Shown here: piece by piece, positions 48,166-56,946 of the stretch | Layout: every line of letters starts with the position of its first letter | How positions within the stretch are numbered: the first letter of the stretch is position 1 | Origin: Rikenella microfusus | GTDB taxonomy: Bacteria; Bacteroidota; Bacteroidia; Bacteroidales; VadinHA17 | Length of the DNA stretch: 64,000 bases | Assembly (NCBI GenBank): GCA_022736275.1 | Contig: DZBJ01000005.1 | Span: forward strand, 456 to 64,455 | Reading direction: 5' to 3' | Notes under the pieces: model-generated | The model's input: the letters and a program-made list of their open reading frames with translations, nothing else | Told to the model about the DNA's origin: nothing | Databases searched by the model: none | Made by a program: the position numbers and the translations under genes

Positions 48166-48720
48166 CTATTTCTTTTTCTTCGGTGAGAGGATGATGATCA
48201 TCCTCTTTCCCTCCAGCCTCGGTGTCTGGTCAACCTTGCCGTACTCATCCAGGTCGGCAACAAAACGGGCAAGCAGTTTTTCCCCCTGGTCCTTGAAGAG
48301 TATCGATCTTCCCTTGAAAAATACATAGGCCCTGACCTTTGCGCCCTCCTCGAGGAAATTGATTGCATGCTTCAGCTTGAAGTTGTAATCGTGATCATCA
48401 GTGTTTGGGCCGAAACGAATCTCCTTGACGACAATCTTTGCTGCATTGGCTTTTATCTCTTTCTGCTTCTTTTTCTGCTGGTAAAGAAACTTTTGATAAT
48501 CAACCACCTTGCATACAGGCGGGTCAGCATTGGGAGATATCTCAACAAGATCAAGTTCCATTTCGTCAGCGAGGCTCAGGGCCTCACCGATGCTTAAAAC
48601 CCTCGGTTCGATATTTTCACCCACAACCCTTACGGTTCTGGCTGTGATCCTGTTGTTGATCCGGTGTTCCGGTTCGGGTTTTCTTCCCGGCCTGGGCCTG
48701 GAAAAGATCGGTCCTGCTAT
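48166..48720 (-). CDS. infC: Translation initiation factor IF-3, with a probable non-AUG (AUA) start
   Basis: The ORF-track start (GTG 48624) falls inside the conserved N-domain ([20 protein letters not shown] reads through it). The frame is open up to TAA at 48736-48738. An ATA at 48718-48720 is preceded by GGAGGA (48728-48733) with a 7-nt spacer. Confidence 0.85.
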   Translation of the reverse strand: MAGPIFSRPRPGRKPEPEHRINNRITARTVRVVGENIEPRVLSIGEALSLADEMELDLVEISPNADPPVCKVVDYQKFLYQQKKKQKEIKANAAKIVVKEIRFGPNTDDHDYNFKLKHAINFLEEGAKVRAYVFFKGRSILFKDQGEKLLARFVADLDEYGKVDQTPRLEGKRMIIILSPKKKK

Positions 48721-48766
48721 GGTTTTGTCCTCCAGTTAAATTAATACTATGTTTAAAATCAATCTT

Positions 48767-50707
48767 TTAATTACCTGTCTCCTTCAAAATTTCATCCTTA
48801 ACCAGGGTGACGAAGTCTTCCGGTTTCATGACTCCCTTATCTCCTTCACCCTGCCTTCTGACAGAAACTGTTCCGGCTTCCACCTCTTTTTCGCCTATCA
48901 CAAGAAGGTAGGGAATCCTCTTTAACTCATTATCCCTTATCTTCTTACCTATCTTTTCGTTCCTGTCGTCAATCAGGGTGCGAATATCGTAATTATTAAG
49001 GAGATTTGAAATAGTTTTTGCATAATCATTGAATTTTTCGCTAATGGGCAGTATCACAGCCTGATCAGGTGTGAGCCAGAGCGGAAATTTACCTGCGGTA
49101 TTTTCAATGAGCACTGCCACGAATCTCTCCATGGAACCGAATATTGCCCTGTGTATCATCACGGGCTGATGCTTCTGGTTATCGCTGCCGTTATAGTAAA
49201 GCTCAAACCTCTCCGGCAGGTTATAGTCAACCTGTATGGTTCCCAGCTGCCACCTGCGTCCGATGGCATCCCTTACCATGAAGTCGAGCTTGGGACCGTA
49301 GAAGGCTGCCTCTCCTATGGCAATTGTGGTGATGAGGTTCTTCTCCCCGGCAGCCTCAATGATTGCCTGTTCGGCCTTTTCCCAGTTCTCGTCGGTGCCT
49401 ATGTACTTCTCCCTGTTTGACGGATCCCTTAGTGATATCTGCGCCGTAAACTCGCTGAAACCGGCTATCCTGAATATGTATTGCACCAGGTCAATGATGC
49501 TCTTGAATTCCTCCTTGAGCTGGTCCGGACGGCAGAAGTGGTGTGCATCATCCTGCGTGAAGCTGCGCACCCTGGTGAGCCCGTGAAGCTCTCCGCTCTG
49601 CTCGTAACGGTAGACAGTTCCGAATTCGGCCATCCTTATCGGCAACTCCCTGTAGGAGTGGGGTGTGGCGTTGAATATCTCGCAGTGGTGCGGACAGTTC
49701 ATCGGCTTGAGCATGAAGACCTCGCCCTCCTGCGGTGTGGTTATTGGCCTGAAGGAGTCTGCGCCGTATTTCTCGAAGTGACCGGAGGTCTTGTAGAGTT
49801 CAACATTACCTATATGCGGTGTCGAAACCATGGCATATCCTCTTGCTTTCAGAACACCGGTCATGAAGTCTATCAGCCGCTGCTTCATGTCAGCTCCCCT
49901 GGGAAGCCACAGAGGTAGTCCCATGCCAACGCGCGGTGAGAAGGCAAAGAGCTCCAGCTCCTTTCCCAGGCGGCGGTGGTCACGCTTGCGGGCCTCCTCA
50001 AGCATCACCATGTATTCGTCAAGCATCTTCTGCTTCGGAAAGGTGATACCATAAATGCGCGTCATCATCTTCCGCTTCTCATCTCCGCGCCAGTAGGCTC
50101 CGGCAAGACTCAGAACCTTGATGGCCCTGATTGAAGAAGTGTCAGGCAGGTGCGGCCCGCGGCAGAGATCGGTGAAGTCGCCCTGACGGTAAAGGGTTAT
50201 TGTCCCGTCTTCGAGCTCCGCGATAAGCTCGGTCTTGTACTCATCGCCCTTGGCGGTGAAGAGATCCATAGCCTCCTTCTTGCTTACCTCTGAACGCGTG
50301 ATAGGACTGTTCTTCGCTGCAAGCTCCTTCATTTTCGCCTCAACGAGGGGCAGATCAGCGTCAGTAATAACTTTCCCTTCACCGGGGTCGACATCATAGT
50401 AAAAACCGTTCTCAACAGCCGGTCCGATACCGAACTTAATGCCGGGCCAGAGGGCTTCAAGCGCCTCTGCCATGAGGTGTGCCGACGAGTGCCAGAAAGC
50501 GTGCTTTGCTTCCGCATCATCCCACTTGTGGAGACGAAGGGTGGCGTCTGCCATGATGGGCCTCGAAAGATCCCATAACTCCCCGTTGACAGTAGCCGCA
50601 TAGACCTCGGCAGCGAGCCCCTGGCTTATCGACTTCGCTATATCATAACTGCTTACCCCCTTGCTGAACTCTCTGACCGAGCCGTCGGGGAATGTGATCC
50701 TGATCAT
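48767..50707 (-). CDS. thrS: Threonine--tRNA ligase
   Basis: 646 aa with a TGS domain, the editing motif [12 protein letters not shown] and a class II core. Confidence 0.97.
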   Translation of the reverse strand: MIRITFPDGSVREFSKGVSSYDIAKSISQGLAAEVYAATVNGELWDLSRPIMADATLRLHKWDDAEAKHAFWHSSAHLMAEALEALWPGIKFGIGPAVENGFYYDVDPGEGKVITDADLPLVEAKMKELAAKNSPITRSEVSKKEAMDLFTAKGDEYKTELIAELEDGTITLYRQGDFTDLCRGPHLPDTSSIRAIKVLSLAGAYWRGDEKRKMMTRIYGITFPKQKMLDEYMVMLEEARKRDHRRLGKELELFAFSPRVGMGLPLWLPRGADMKQRLIDFMTGVLKARGYAMVSTPHIGNVELYKTSGHFEKYGADSFRPITTPQEGEVFMLKPMNCPHHCEIFNATPHSYRELPIRMAEFGTVYRYEQSGELHGLTRVRSFTQDDAHHFCRPDQLKEEFKSIIDLVQYIFRIAGFSEFTAQISLRDPSNREKYIGTDENWEKAEQAIIEAAGEKNLITTIAIGEAAFYGPKLDFMVRDAIGRRWQLGTIQVDYNLPERFELYYNGSDNQKHQPVMIHRAIFGSMERFVAVLIENTAGKFPLWLTPDQAVILPISEKFNDYAKTISNLLNNYDIRTLIDDRNEKIGKKIRDNELKRIPYLLVIGEKEVEAGTVSVRRQGEGDKGVMKPEDFVTLVKDEILKETGN

Positions 50708-50728
50708 ATCCCGATTTTAAATAATTCG

Positions 50729-50736
50729 CAAAGATA
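50729..50736 (-). promoter_or_regulatory. Candidate -7 promoter box (TATCTTTG) for thrS-infC-rpmI-rplT
   Basis: Exact TAnnTTTG on the minus strand, 22 nt upstream of the ATG at 50707. Confidence 0.45.
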
Positions 50737-50853
50737 ATGATTTTTAAGGGATGTGATGCAGACAGGTCAGGAGCTGAAAAATCAATCATTTTGCGGAGAT
50801 CATTAATTGGCACAGATTTTGGATTTAACAAAACAGCACCAACAACAGCAGTC

Positions 50854-51549
50854 ATGAAAACAATCTTAGTCTCAGCGGTAGCAGCAGCAGTAATCCTGCT
50901 CAGCTCATGTGAAACTCAGCCCGACGCTTACTTCTTTACTGACAAGATCGAGGCTGAGATAGGAGAGGAGATATTCTTCTTCAACGGTTCACACAATGCA
51001 TCGGAATTTGAATGGGATTTCGGCGACGGAACATGGTCGGACGCCTTTGAACCCGCTCACTCTTATTCAGCTTCGGGAATCTTTACCGTTATCCTCAGCG
51101 CCTACTCAGGATCAGGCTACGTCGACAGGGCTTTTCTCGATATAGAGATTTCCTCGCCAACAATGCTGGAGGTCGAGGTGCTTGAATGGTATGAAGAGTA
51201 TCCGGTTGAAGGCGCAAGCGTGATCCTTTACCCTACCGAGCGTGACTGGGATAATGAAACGAACGCCCTCGTTGAAGGCTTCACCAACGCCTCCGGGAAA
51301 GTGATCTTCACAAACCTGGAACCCCGCGTATATTATGTCGATGTGTGGCATGAAACCCATCATAACTACTGGCTCAGGGATGAAGAAAATGGTGTGCAAT
51401 GGATCAGGACCGATCCGCTTCTTAAAAACGAGCTGAATCAGTTCATTGCATGGGTCGATTACACTGGCACCAAAGGTGCGACAAGACGCGACCGGAGCCA
51501 ACTGATTCCCCTCAAGGCAAGAAGCCCAAAAGCTCCTGCCAGTAAGTAA
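50854..51549 (+). CDS. PKD-domain lipoprotein
   Basis: The start at ATG 50854 gives a lipoprotein signal (MKTILVSAVAAAVILLSSC). PKD motif: FEWDFGDGTWSDAFEPAHSYSASGIFTV. Confidence 0.75.
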   Translation: MKTILVSAVAAAVILLSSCETQPDAYFFTDKIEAEIGEEIFFFNGSHNASEFEWDFGDGTWSDAFEPAHSYSASGIFTVILSAYSGSGYVDRAFLDIEISSPTMLEVEVLEWYEEYPVEGASVILYPTERDWDNETNALVEGFTNASGKVIFTNLEPRVYYVDVWHETHHNYWLRDEENGVQWIRTDPLLKNELNQFIAWVDYTGTKGATRRDRSQLIPLKARSPKAPASK

Positions 51550-51602
51550 TTCGGGTATAATACAAAAAAAACAGACGAACAGCTCAATGTAATAAATTTC
51601 GT

Positions 51603-51610
51603 TAAGTTTG
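51603..51610 (+). promoter_or_regulatory. Candidate -7 promoter box (TAAGTTTG) for the symporter gene
   Basis: Exact TAnnTTTG, 31 nt upstream of the ATG at 51641. Confidence 0.4.
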
Positions 51611-51640
51611 TGAGTTCACTAACCTAATCGGAATTAACAG

Positions 51641-53371
51641 ATGGATACAAAGTTTGCGCTTCACGGAATAGACTATATGGTAATGATAGTCTATTTTGCT
51701 TTTGTACTGGGTATTGGATGGGCCCTCAAGAAGTACATGAAAAACGCCTCCGCCTTTCTTGAGGCGGGCAGGTCAATACCGGCCTGGGTGGCAGGGCTGG
51801 CATTCATCTCAACCAACCTGGGGGCACTTGAGGTGATGGGGATGACGGGCTCCGGCCTCAAGTACGGGATGCTCACAACCCATTTCTACTGGATAGGCGC
51901 AATCCCGGCCATGGTCTTCCTGGCACTTTTCATGATGCGTTTCTATTACGGCTCAAAGGCCCGCTCGGTGCCTGAGTATCTTAAGCTTCGGTTCAATGAG
52001 AAGACCCGCGGCCTGAATGCAATCCTGTTCGCAGTCATGACTGTGCTGGCATCAGGTATCTCCATGTATGCCCTTGCAATCCTTCTTGAGAATGTGCTCG
52101 GGTGGAACTTCAACGTTTCGCTGCTGGCCTCGGCGGCAATAGTGCTTGCCTATACATATCTGGGAGGTCTCTCTTCCGCAATCTACAACGAGGTTCTGCA
52201 GTTCTTTATCATCATTATCGGCCTGCTTCCCATGGCTTTCCTTGTCATGAAAGATGTGGGCGGATGGAGCGGCATGCAGGCGAGTCTTGCTCCCATTGTA
52301 GAGAGCAGGGGGTTTGCAGCCGACACCTGGACGTCAACCTGGAAGTATACTGCCACTGAAACGGGAAATCCGCTCGGAGTGGCGTGGTACGGTATTTTCG
52401 CAGGACTGGGATTCGTCCTGTCATTCGGCTACTGGTGCACCAACTTCCTTATTGTTCAGCGTGCAATGGCGGCCGAATCGATGACTGCGGCACGCAAGGT
52501 GCCCCTCATCGGAGCAATACCCAAGATGTTCATTCCCTTCCTTATAATTGTTCCCGGCATTGCGGCACTGGTACTGCTTAATGACCCGCTGAAGGGATTT
52601 GCCCTGCCCCTGAATGATGCCGGACAACCAATATATGACTATACCATTATCATGCTGCTCAAGCAGTACCTTCCCGCAGGTGTCCTTGGCCTCGGTATCA
52701 CGGCACTGCTCGCATCATTCATGTCAGGGATGGCCGGAAACGTTTCAGCATTCAATACGGTATGGACGTATGACATCTACCAGAGCTACATCCGCCCGGC
52801 CACCGGTAACAAGGAGAGTGATGACAGACATTATCTCAAGGTCGGGAAGATGGCTACCATATTTGGGGTTCTTGTAAGCATAGCAGCAGCCTACGTGGCA
52901 AGTAAGTTCGGCAACATCATGGACTTCCTCCAGACTATCTTCTCAATGATCAACGCCCCGCTGTTTGCGGTCATATTCCTGGGTATGTTCTGGAAACGGT
53001 CAACGGGCAATGCAGCTTTTACGGGACTTCTCGTCGGTTTCCTGATCGCGCTCCTGCACCACGGACTGACACAGCCTGAGGGTGCAACAACCCTTGTCAA
53101 GGGCGGCTGGCTCGGTGTGATTCATACTTACCCGGTGGAGATGGCTCAGAACTTCTGGACCGCTATAATTGCATTTACATCCTCCACCTTTCTTACAGTG
53201 CTGATATCACTGCTTATGAAACGCGAAAAGAGCGATGAGGATCTCAACGGACTTGTCTATTCCATGACACCAAGACTCGACGACAGCAGTGTGATGTGGT
53301 ACAGCAGACCCTGGTTCCTTGCACTGATAGTGGGAATCGTTATGATTGTTCTATCTATTTTGTTCTGGTAA
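51641..53371 (+). CDS. Sodium:solute symporter family (SSF/SGLT-like) transporter
   Basis: 576 aa with about 13-14 TM and typical SSF blocks (AGRSIPAWVAGLAFISTNLGA, GGLSSAIYNEVLQ). Confidence 0.85.
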   Translation: MDTKFALHGIDYMVMIVYFAFVLGIGWALKKYMKNASAFLEAGRSIPAWVAGLAFISTNLGALEVMGMTGSGLKYGMLTTHFYWIGAIPAMVFLALFMMRFYYGSKARSVPEYLKLRFNEKTRGLNAILFAVMTVLASGISMYALAILLENVLGWNFNVSLLASAAIVLAYTYLGGLSSAIYNEVLQFFIIIIGLLPMAFLVMKDVGGWSGMQASLAPIVESRGFAADTWTSTWKYTATETGNPLGVAWYGIFAGLGFVLSFGYWCTNFLIVQRAMAAESMTAARKVPLIGAIPKMFIPFLIIVPGIAALVLLNDPLKGFALPLNDAGQPIYDYTIIMLLKQYLPAGVLGLGITALLASFMSGMAGNVSAFNTVWTYDIYQSYIRPATGNKESDDRHYLKVGKMATIFGVLVSIAAAYVASKFGNIMDFLQTIFSMINAPLFAVIFLGMFWKRSTGNAAFTGLLVGFLIALLHHGLTQPEGATTLVKGGWLGVIHTYPVEMAQNFWTAIIAFTSSTFLTVLISLLMKREKSDEDLNGLVYSMTPRLDDSSVMWYSRPWFLALIVGIVMIVLSILFW

Positions 53372-53390
53372 CCCTAAAAAAATAAAGATC

Positions 53391-53603
53391 ATGTTAGATA
53401 TAAGATTTCCGATTGGACTGATGTTCTCGATCTTCGGGCTGATAATTACGGTTTACGGCCTGATAACAATAGGCAATACTGAAATGTATGAGCGCTCGCT
53501 GAACGTGAATGTTAACCTGGTATCAGGATTGTGCACTCTGGCCTTCGGCCTGGTAATGCTCTTCCTTTCAGACCCGGTGAAGAAGATTCTCAGGAAAAAA
53601 TAG
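53391..53603 (+). CDS. Small 2-TM membrane protein downstream of the symporter
   Basis: 70 aa from the ATG at 53391 with two hydrophobic helices. Context is the only other evidence. Confidence 0.4.
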   Translation: MLDIRFPIGLMFSIFGLIITVYGLITIGNTEMYERSLNVNVNLVSGLCTLAFGLVMLFLSDPVKKILRKK

Positions 53604-53679
53604 TCATCCGGGAAGACAAAAAAAGCTGCGTGAGCAGCTTTTATTATCTAAATCAATATCGATTTTCTTTGTCATTAGG

Positions 53680-53757
53680 TCTACAATACTTCATGACCTA
53701 CGGTCAAAGATTCTAGTTATAATTAACTATTCTACAATATTTTATGGCCTACGGCCA
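53680..53757 (-). repeat. Two hairpin + TATTGTAGA units (inverted copies of those at 27406-27483)
   Basis: The minus strand reads tggcc-gta-ggcca + taaaatattgtaga (53757-53731) and tgacc-gta-ggtca + tgaagtattgtaga (53706-53680). Confidence 0.75.
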
Positions 53758-53765
53758 ACTCCTCA

Positions 53766-53828
53766 CTATTGCCTTCTGCCTATTGCCTGAAATGACTGCC
53801 GACTGAGGGCTGCCGACTAACGACTGGT
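53766..53828 (-). repeat. Heptanucleotide array, 9 units, abutting the lysA stop codon
   Basis: Plus-strand units: ctattgc cttctgc ctattgc ctgaaat gactgcc gactgag ggctgcc gactaac gactggt. The minus strand reads CAGTC-type then GGCAATA-type words. Confidence 0.85.
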
Positions 53829-54979
53829 TATATATCATCGGAAAATACCGCCGGCGGCAGCGAACGCATGTTGTAGCGCATCGCCATCACCTCCCCGTAG
53901 GCCCCGGCCGACCTGATGGCAATGAGGTCACCACGTCCGGTCTCAGGCAGTGAAATGAATTTCCCGAAGATGTCAGTGCTCTCACAGATAGGTCCTGCAA
54001 CGGTATATTTCCCGGGTGGCAGCACCGAGGTGAGATTTTCGATACGGTGGAAGGCGTGGTAGAGCGCGGGCCTCAGCAGGTCTGTCATTCCGGCGTCAAG
54101 GATGATAAAGGTCTCACTGGTACCTGGCTTCACATAAAGCACCTTAGAGATCAGGGCGCCGCACCCGGCGGTGAGTGATCTGCCAAGCTCAAAGGATATG
54201 GTGCTGCGTATCTTCCTGTCAAGATGCTCCCTGAAAATATCGAAGTAATCGGCAAAGGAGGGAAACCGGTCAGGCTCCTCGTAACTTATGCCAAGTCCTC
54301 CGCCCAAATTGATATCCTCAGGCTCCATTCCCCTGTCGGTGAACCATTGCCATAGCTCGTTCACCCTCAGGCAGAGATTCCGGTAGACATGGAGATCGGT
54401 TATCTGCGAGCCTATGTGGAAATGAATTCCTCTGAAGTCGATGTTCTCCAGCCCGGACAGGAGGGAGATCACCTTCTCAAGTTCGGCAATCCTTATGCCG
54501 AATTTGTTCTCATCGGTTCCGGTTGTAATATGTTTTAGCGTATGGGCTTCGACGTTTGGATTGATGCGCAGCGCCACTGCTGCCCGTCTCCCTGCCTTGC
54601 CTGCAATTTCATTTAAAACTTCCAGCTCTGCTGCCGATTCTGCATTGAAGCATTTTATCCCGAGCTTCAGGGCAGTCTCAATCTCCCGGTCGCTCTTGCC
54701 AACACCCGCAAAGACCGTTTCGTCTGCCGGAAATCCGCAGTTCACAGCCAGATCAATCTCATTGCCACTGACACAGTCTGCCCCAAATCCGTACCCTGCA
54801 ATTATCTTCATTATCACGGGGTTGAAGTTGGCCTTGACGGCATAATGTACCTTAAAACCCCTTTTGGCAGCCTCCCCTGAGGCTACGGCAAGCGTCTCCC
54901 GCAACAGGTCGAGATCATAATAGTAGAAGGGAGTCTCGTGTCTCTTCAGCTTTCCAGTCAATTCAGTCGTGAACATCAT
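53828..54979 (-). CDS. lysA: Diaminopimelate decarboxylase
   Basis: 383 aa with the PLP-Lys block HYAVKANFNP, NLGGGLGISY and GPICESTD. Confidence 0.92.
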   Translation of the reverse strand: MMFTTELTGKLKRHETPFYYYDLDLLRETLAVASGEAAKRGFKVHYAVKANFNPVIMKIIAGYGFGADCVSGNEIDLAVNCGFPADETVFAGVGKSDREIETALKLGIKCFNAESAAELEVLNEIAGKAGRRAAVALRINPNVEAHTLKHITTGTDENKFGIRIAELEKVISLLSGLENIDFRGIHFHIGSQITDLHVYRNLCLRVNELWQWFTDRGMEPEDINLGGGLGISYEEPDRFPSFADYFDIFREHLDRKIRSTISFELGRSLTAGCGALISKVLYVKPGTSETFIILDAGMTDLLRPALYHAFHRIENLTSVLPPGKYTVAGPICESTDIFGKFISLPETGRGDLIAIRSAGAYGEVMAMRYNMRSLPPAVFSDDI

Positions 54980-54981
54980 CT

Positions 54982-56295
54982 CTATGCAAAAAGTTTGTCA
55001 CTGAGTGACCGCAGGGCTTCCGTCTTGTCACTCGTATTGATAAGTATTGATACACTGTTTTCACTTCCCCCGTATGAAATCATCTTGACAGGAAGATGAT
55101 TAAGAGCTTCAAAAATTTCGGGCGCTGATCCCACCCGGTCGGGACGGAAGTCACCGACAATGCATATTATCGTCTGATTCCTTTCAACCTCAACCGCACC
55201 TATCGAACTCAGCGATCTGATTATATCCTCGAGGTGGGCGGGGTCCTCTATTGTCAGCGAAACCGAAACCTCGGAGGTTGTGATCATGTCTATCGGGGTC
55301 TTGAAGGCTTCAAAAACCTCGAAGATATTCCTCATGAAACCATATGCCAGCAGCATCCTGTCGGAATGGATCCTGAGGGCAGTGATGCCGTCCTTGGCCG
55401 CCACTGCCTTATAATCCACGTATTCTGATGCGGATGTTATAAGCGTTCCTTCATCAGATGGCTCCATGGTGTTCTTGAGCCTTACGGGAATGTTTTTCAT
55501 CCGGGCAGGATTGACGCTGGAGGGGTGGAGTATCTTCGCCCCGAAGAATGCCAGCTCCGCCGCTTCAGCGTAGGAGAGGCTCCTTATCACCCGCGTGTTT
55601 TCAACATACCTCGGATCATTGTTATGCAAGCCGCTGATGTCTGTCCATATCTGAACCTCGTCAGCTCCGATGGCCGCTCCGATGATAGTGGCGCTGTAGT
55701 CGCTGCCACCGCGGCGGAGGTTGTCAGTCTCGCCGAAGACATTGCGGCAGATGAACCCCTGGGTGATAATAATCTTCTCATCCGTTACCGCTGACAGCTC
55801 GCGCCTGAGGTTCTCCCTTATATAAAAATAGTCGGGCTCGCCATCCTTGTCGATCCTCATGAAATTCAGGGCTGGAAGAAGGAGGGAGGGAATGCCTGTC
55901 TCCACCATGAGGAAATGAAGCAGGGCAGTGGATATCAGCTCACCGCGGGCAAGGATTCGCTTCTCATTGTGCCTGCTGAACTCACGCGTAAAAAGTGTAT
56001 TGATATAGTTAAAATGTTCATCAATGAGGTCATGCGCCTGCTCAGCCCATGTTGTTGAGGTGAACAGCTCACTGGCCACCCGGTGGTACTCTTTGCGCAG
56101 CAGCTCGCACTTTTTGCCTGCTTCTTCCCTTCTTCCTTCGGCAAAAAATTCCGATATCTCCACTAATGCGTTTGTGGTTCCTGCCATCGCCGACAGCACA
56201 ACAATCTTAAGCTCACCGTCGTTGATCAGCCCGATCAGGGTCCTGAAGCGGTCAGGACTACCCACCGAGGTACCCCCGAATTTATAGACCTTCAT
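54982..56295 (-). CDS. lysC: Aspartate kinase
   Basis: The start at ATG 56295 gives MKVYKFGGTSVG. There are C-terminal ACT-like regions. It lies 2 nt upstream of lysA. Confidence 0.9.
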   Translation of the reverse strand: MKVYKFGGTSVGSPDRFRTLIGLINDGELKIVVLSAMAGTTNALVEISEFFAEGRREEAGKKCELLRKEYHRVASELFTSTTWAEQAHDLIDEHFNYINTLFTREFSRHNEKRILARGELISTALLHFLMVETGIPSLLLPALNFMRIDKDGEPDYFYIRENLRRELSAVTDEKIIITQGFICRNVFGETDNLRRGGSDYSATIIGAAIGADEVQIWTDISGLHNNDPRYVENTRVIRSLSYAEAAELAFFGAKILHPSSVNPARMKNIPVRLKNTMEPSDEGTLITSASEYVDYKAVAAKDGITALRIHSDRMLLAYGFMRNIFEVFEAFKTPIDMITTSEVSVSLTIEDPAHLEDIIRSLSSIGAVEVERNQTIICIVGDFRPDRVGSAPEIFEALNHLPVKMISYGGSENSVSILINTSDKTEALRSLSDKLFA

Positions 56296-56352
56296 CTTTA
56301 ATTTACTGCAATGGATGCTGCCTGTATGGCATCCGAAACATATTTTGGCGGT

Positions 56353-56360
56353 CAAATATA
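56353..56360 (-). promoter_or_regulatory. Candidate -7 promoter box (TATATTTG) for lysC-lysA
   Basis: Exact TAnnTTTG on the minus strand, 58 nt upstream of the ATG at 56295. Confidence 0.4.
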
Positions 56361-56432
56361 AGTAAAAGTGAAATCTGTAATTAAAATTTCCCCTCTTTTC
56401 AGCAAAGAGGCTTATTGATTAAAAAAAATCTT

Positions 56433-56440
56433 TATTTTTG
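56433..56440 (+). promoter_or_regulatory. Candidate -7 promoter box (TATTTTTG) for the tRNA-Leu pair
   Basis: Exact TAnnTTTG, 87 nt upstream of the first tRNA. Confidence 0.3.
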
Positions 56441-56494
56441 CACCCGCGTTACAAGACAAAGGATAAAAGACGCAAGAGATAAGAGGTTCCTTCA

Positions 56495-56522
56495 GACTTT
56501 TGACTTTTGACCTTTGACTTTT
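56495..56522 (+). repeat. Heptanucleotide array GACTTTT x4
   Basis: Units: gactttt gactttt gaccttt gactttt. It ends 4 nt before tRNA-Leu(CAG). Confidence 0.9.
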
Positions 56523-56526
56523 AATA

Positions 56527-56610
56527 GCCCAGATGGCGAAATTGGTAGACGCGCTAGTTTCAGGGACTAGTGTCAGCAATGATGTGCAGGTTCGAGTCCT
56601 GTTCTGGGCA
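56527..56610 (+). tRNA. tRNA-Leu (anticodon CAG)
   Basis: Hand fold: acceptor gcccaga/tctgggc, D-arm gcg-aaattggtaga-cgc, anticodon stem ctagt/actag with loop ttCAGgg, a long variable arm, and T-arm gcagg-ttcgagt-cctgt. No CCA is encoded. Confidence 0.9.
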
Positions 56611-56619
56611 CAAAAATCT

Positions 56620-56696
56620 GCACAGAGCACAGTGCAAGGAGCACAGAGCAGTAACATTATGCCCTGAGCCCTGAGTTCTGAGCCCTGAGCCAAAAC
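56620..56696 (+). repeat. Heptanucleotide array, 11 units, filling the inter-tRNA spacer
   Basis: Units: gcacaga gcacagt gcaagga gcacaga gcagtaa cattatg ccctgag ccctgag ttctgag ccctgag ccaaaac, all in one phase. Confidence 0.9.
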
Positions 56697-56697
56697 C

Positions 56698-56781
56698 GCC
56701 CAGGTGGTGAAATTGGTAGACACGCCAGCTTGAGGGGCTGGTGCTCGCAAGGGTGTGCAAGTTCGAGTCTTGTCCTGGGCA
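56698..56781 (+). tRNA. tRNA-Leu (anticodon GAG)
   Basis: Hand fold: acceptor gcccagg/cctgggc, D-arm gtg-aaattggtaga-cac, anticodon stem ccagc/gctgg with loop ttGAGgg, a long variable arm, and T-arm gcaag-ttcgagt-cttgt. Confidence 0.9.
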
Positions 56782-56790
56782 CACAAAAAA

Positions 56791-56815
56791 AGCTGCATAA
56801 ACGCAGCTTTTTTTT
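56791..56815 (+). terminator. Rho-independent terminator after the tRNA-Leu pair
   Basis: Stem agctgc, loop ataaac, stem gcagct, followed by a T7 run. Confidence 0.75.
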
Positions 56816-56820
56816 ATTGG

Positions 56821-56869
56821 GAGTTCTCAGTCAGCAGTCTTCAGCCGGCAGTCATTTCAAGCAATAGAG
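56821..56869 (+). repeat. Heptanucleotide array, 7 units (CAGTCNN then GCAATAG)
   Basis: Units: gagttct cagtcag cagtctt cagccgg cagtcat ttcaagc aatagag. It shares ggcagtcattt.a.gcaatag with the arrays at 27342 and 53766. Confidence 0.85.
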
Positions 56870-56884
56870 GGGCGAGCGTTAATA

Positions 56885-56903
56885 AATGACCCAGTGGGTC
56901 ATT
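56885..56903. other. 8-bp hairpin with a triloop
   Basis: aatgaccc-agt-gggtcatt, lying between two heptad arrays. Confidence 0.6.
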
Positions 56904-56946
56904 TTAGCGATGCAGCCAGATTGCAGGGTAGGCAAGGGAATTTTTG

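Noticed and set aside
50737-50853. N-terminal extensions given by the longest-ORF track: 50737 (PKD gene), 45986 (lepB), 56355 (lysC), 62507 (murU-like), 23949 (rlmI-like), 60035 (GH3 gene), 37500 (sigma) and 53346 (small membrane protein).
   Set aside because: In each case an internal ATG gives a canonical N-terminus (a signal peptide, MKVYKFGGTS, MKAMIFAAG and so on). It also removes overlap with the upstream gene or promoter box. The extensions have no coding-like features.
56296-56526. A lysine riboswitch (L-box) upstream of lysC-lysA.
   Set aside because: The likely promoter box leaves a leader of only about 50 nt. I could not find the conserved L-box helices or motifs; only a simple hairpin (ggatgc...gcatcc) is present.
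56412-56798. Minus-strand ORFs of 128 aa and 74 aa spanning the tRNA-Leu pair.
   Set aside because: They run through two well-folded tRNA genes and the heptad arrays, and their repetitive Cys/Thr/Arg-rich translation is a by-product of those features.
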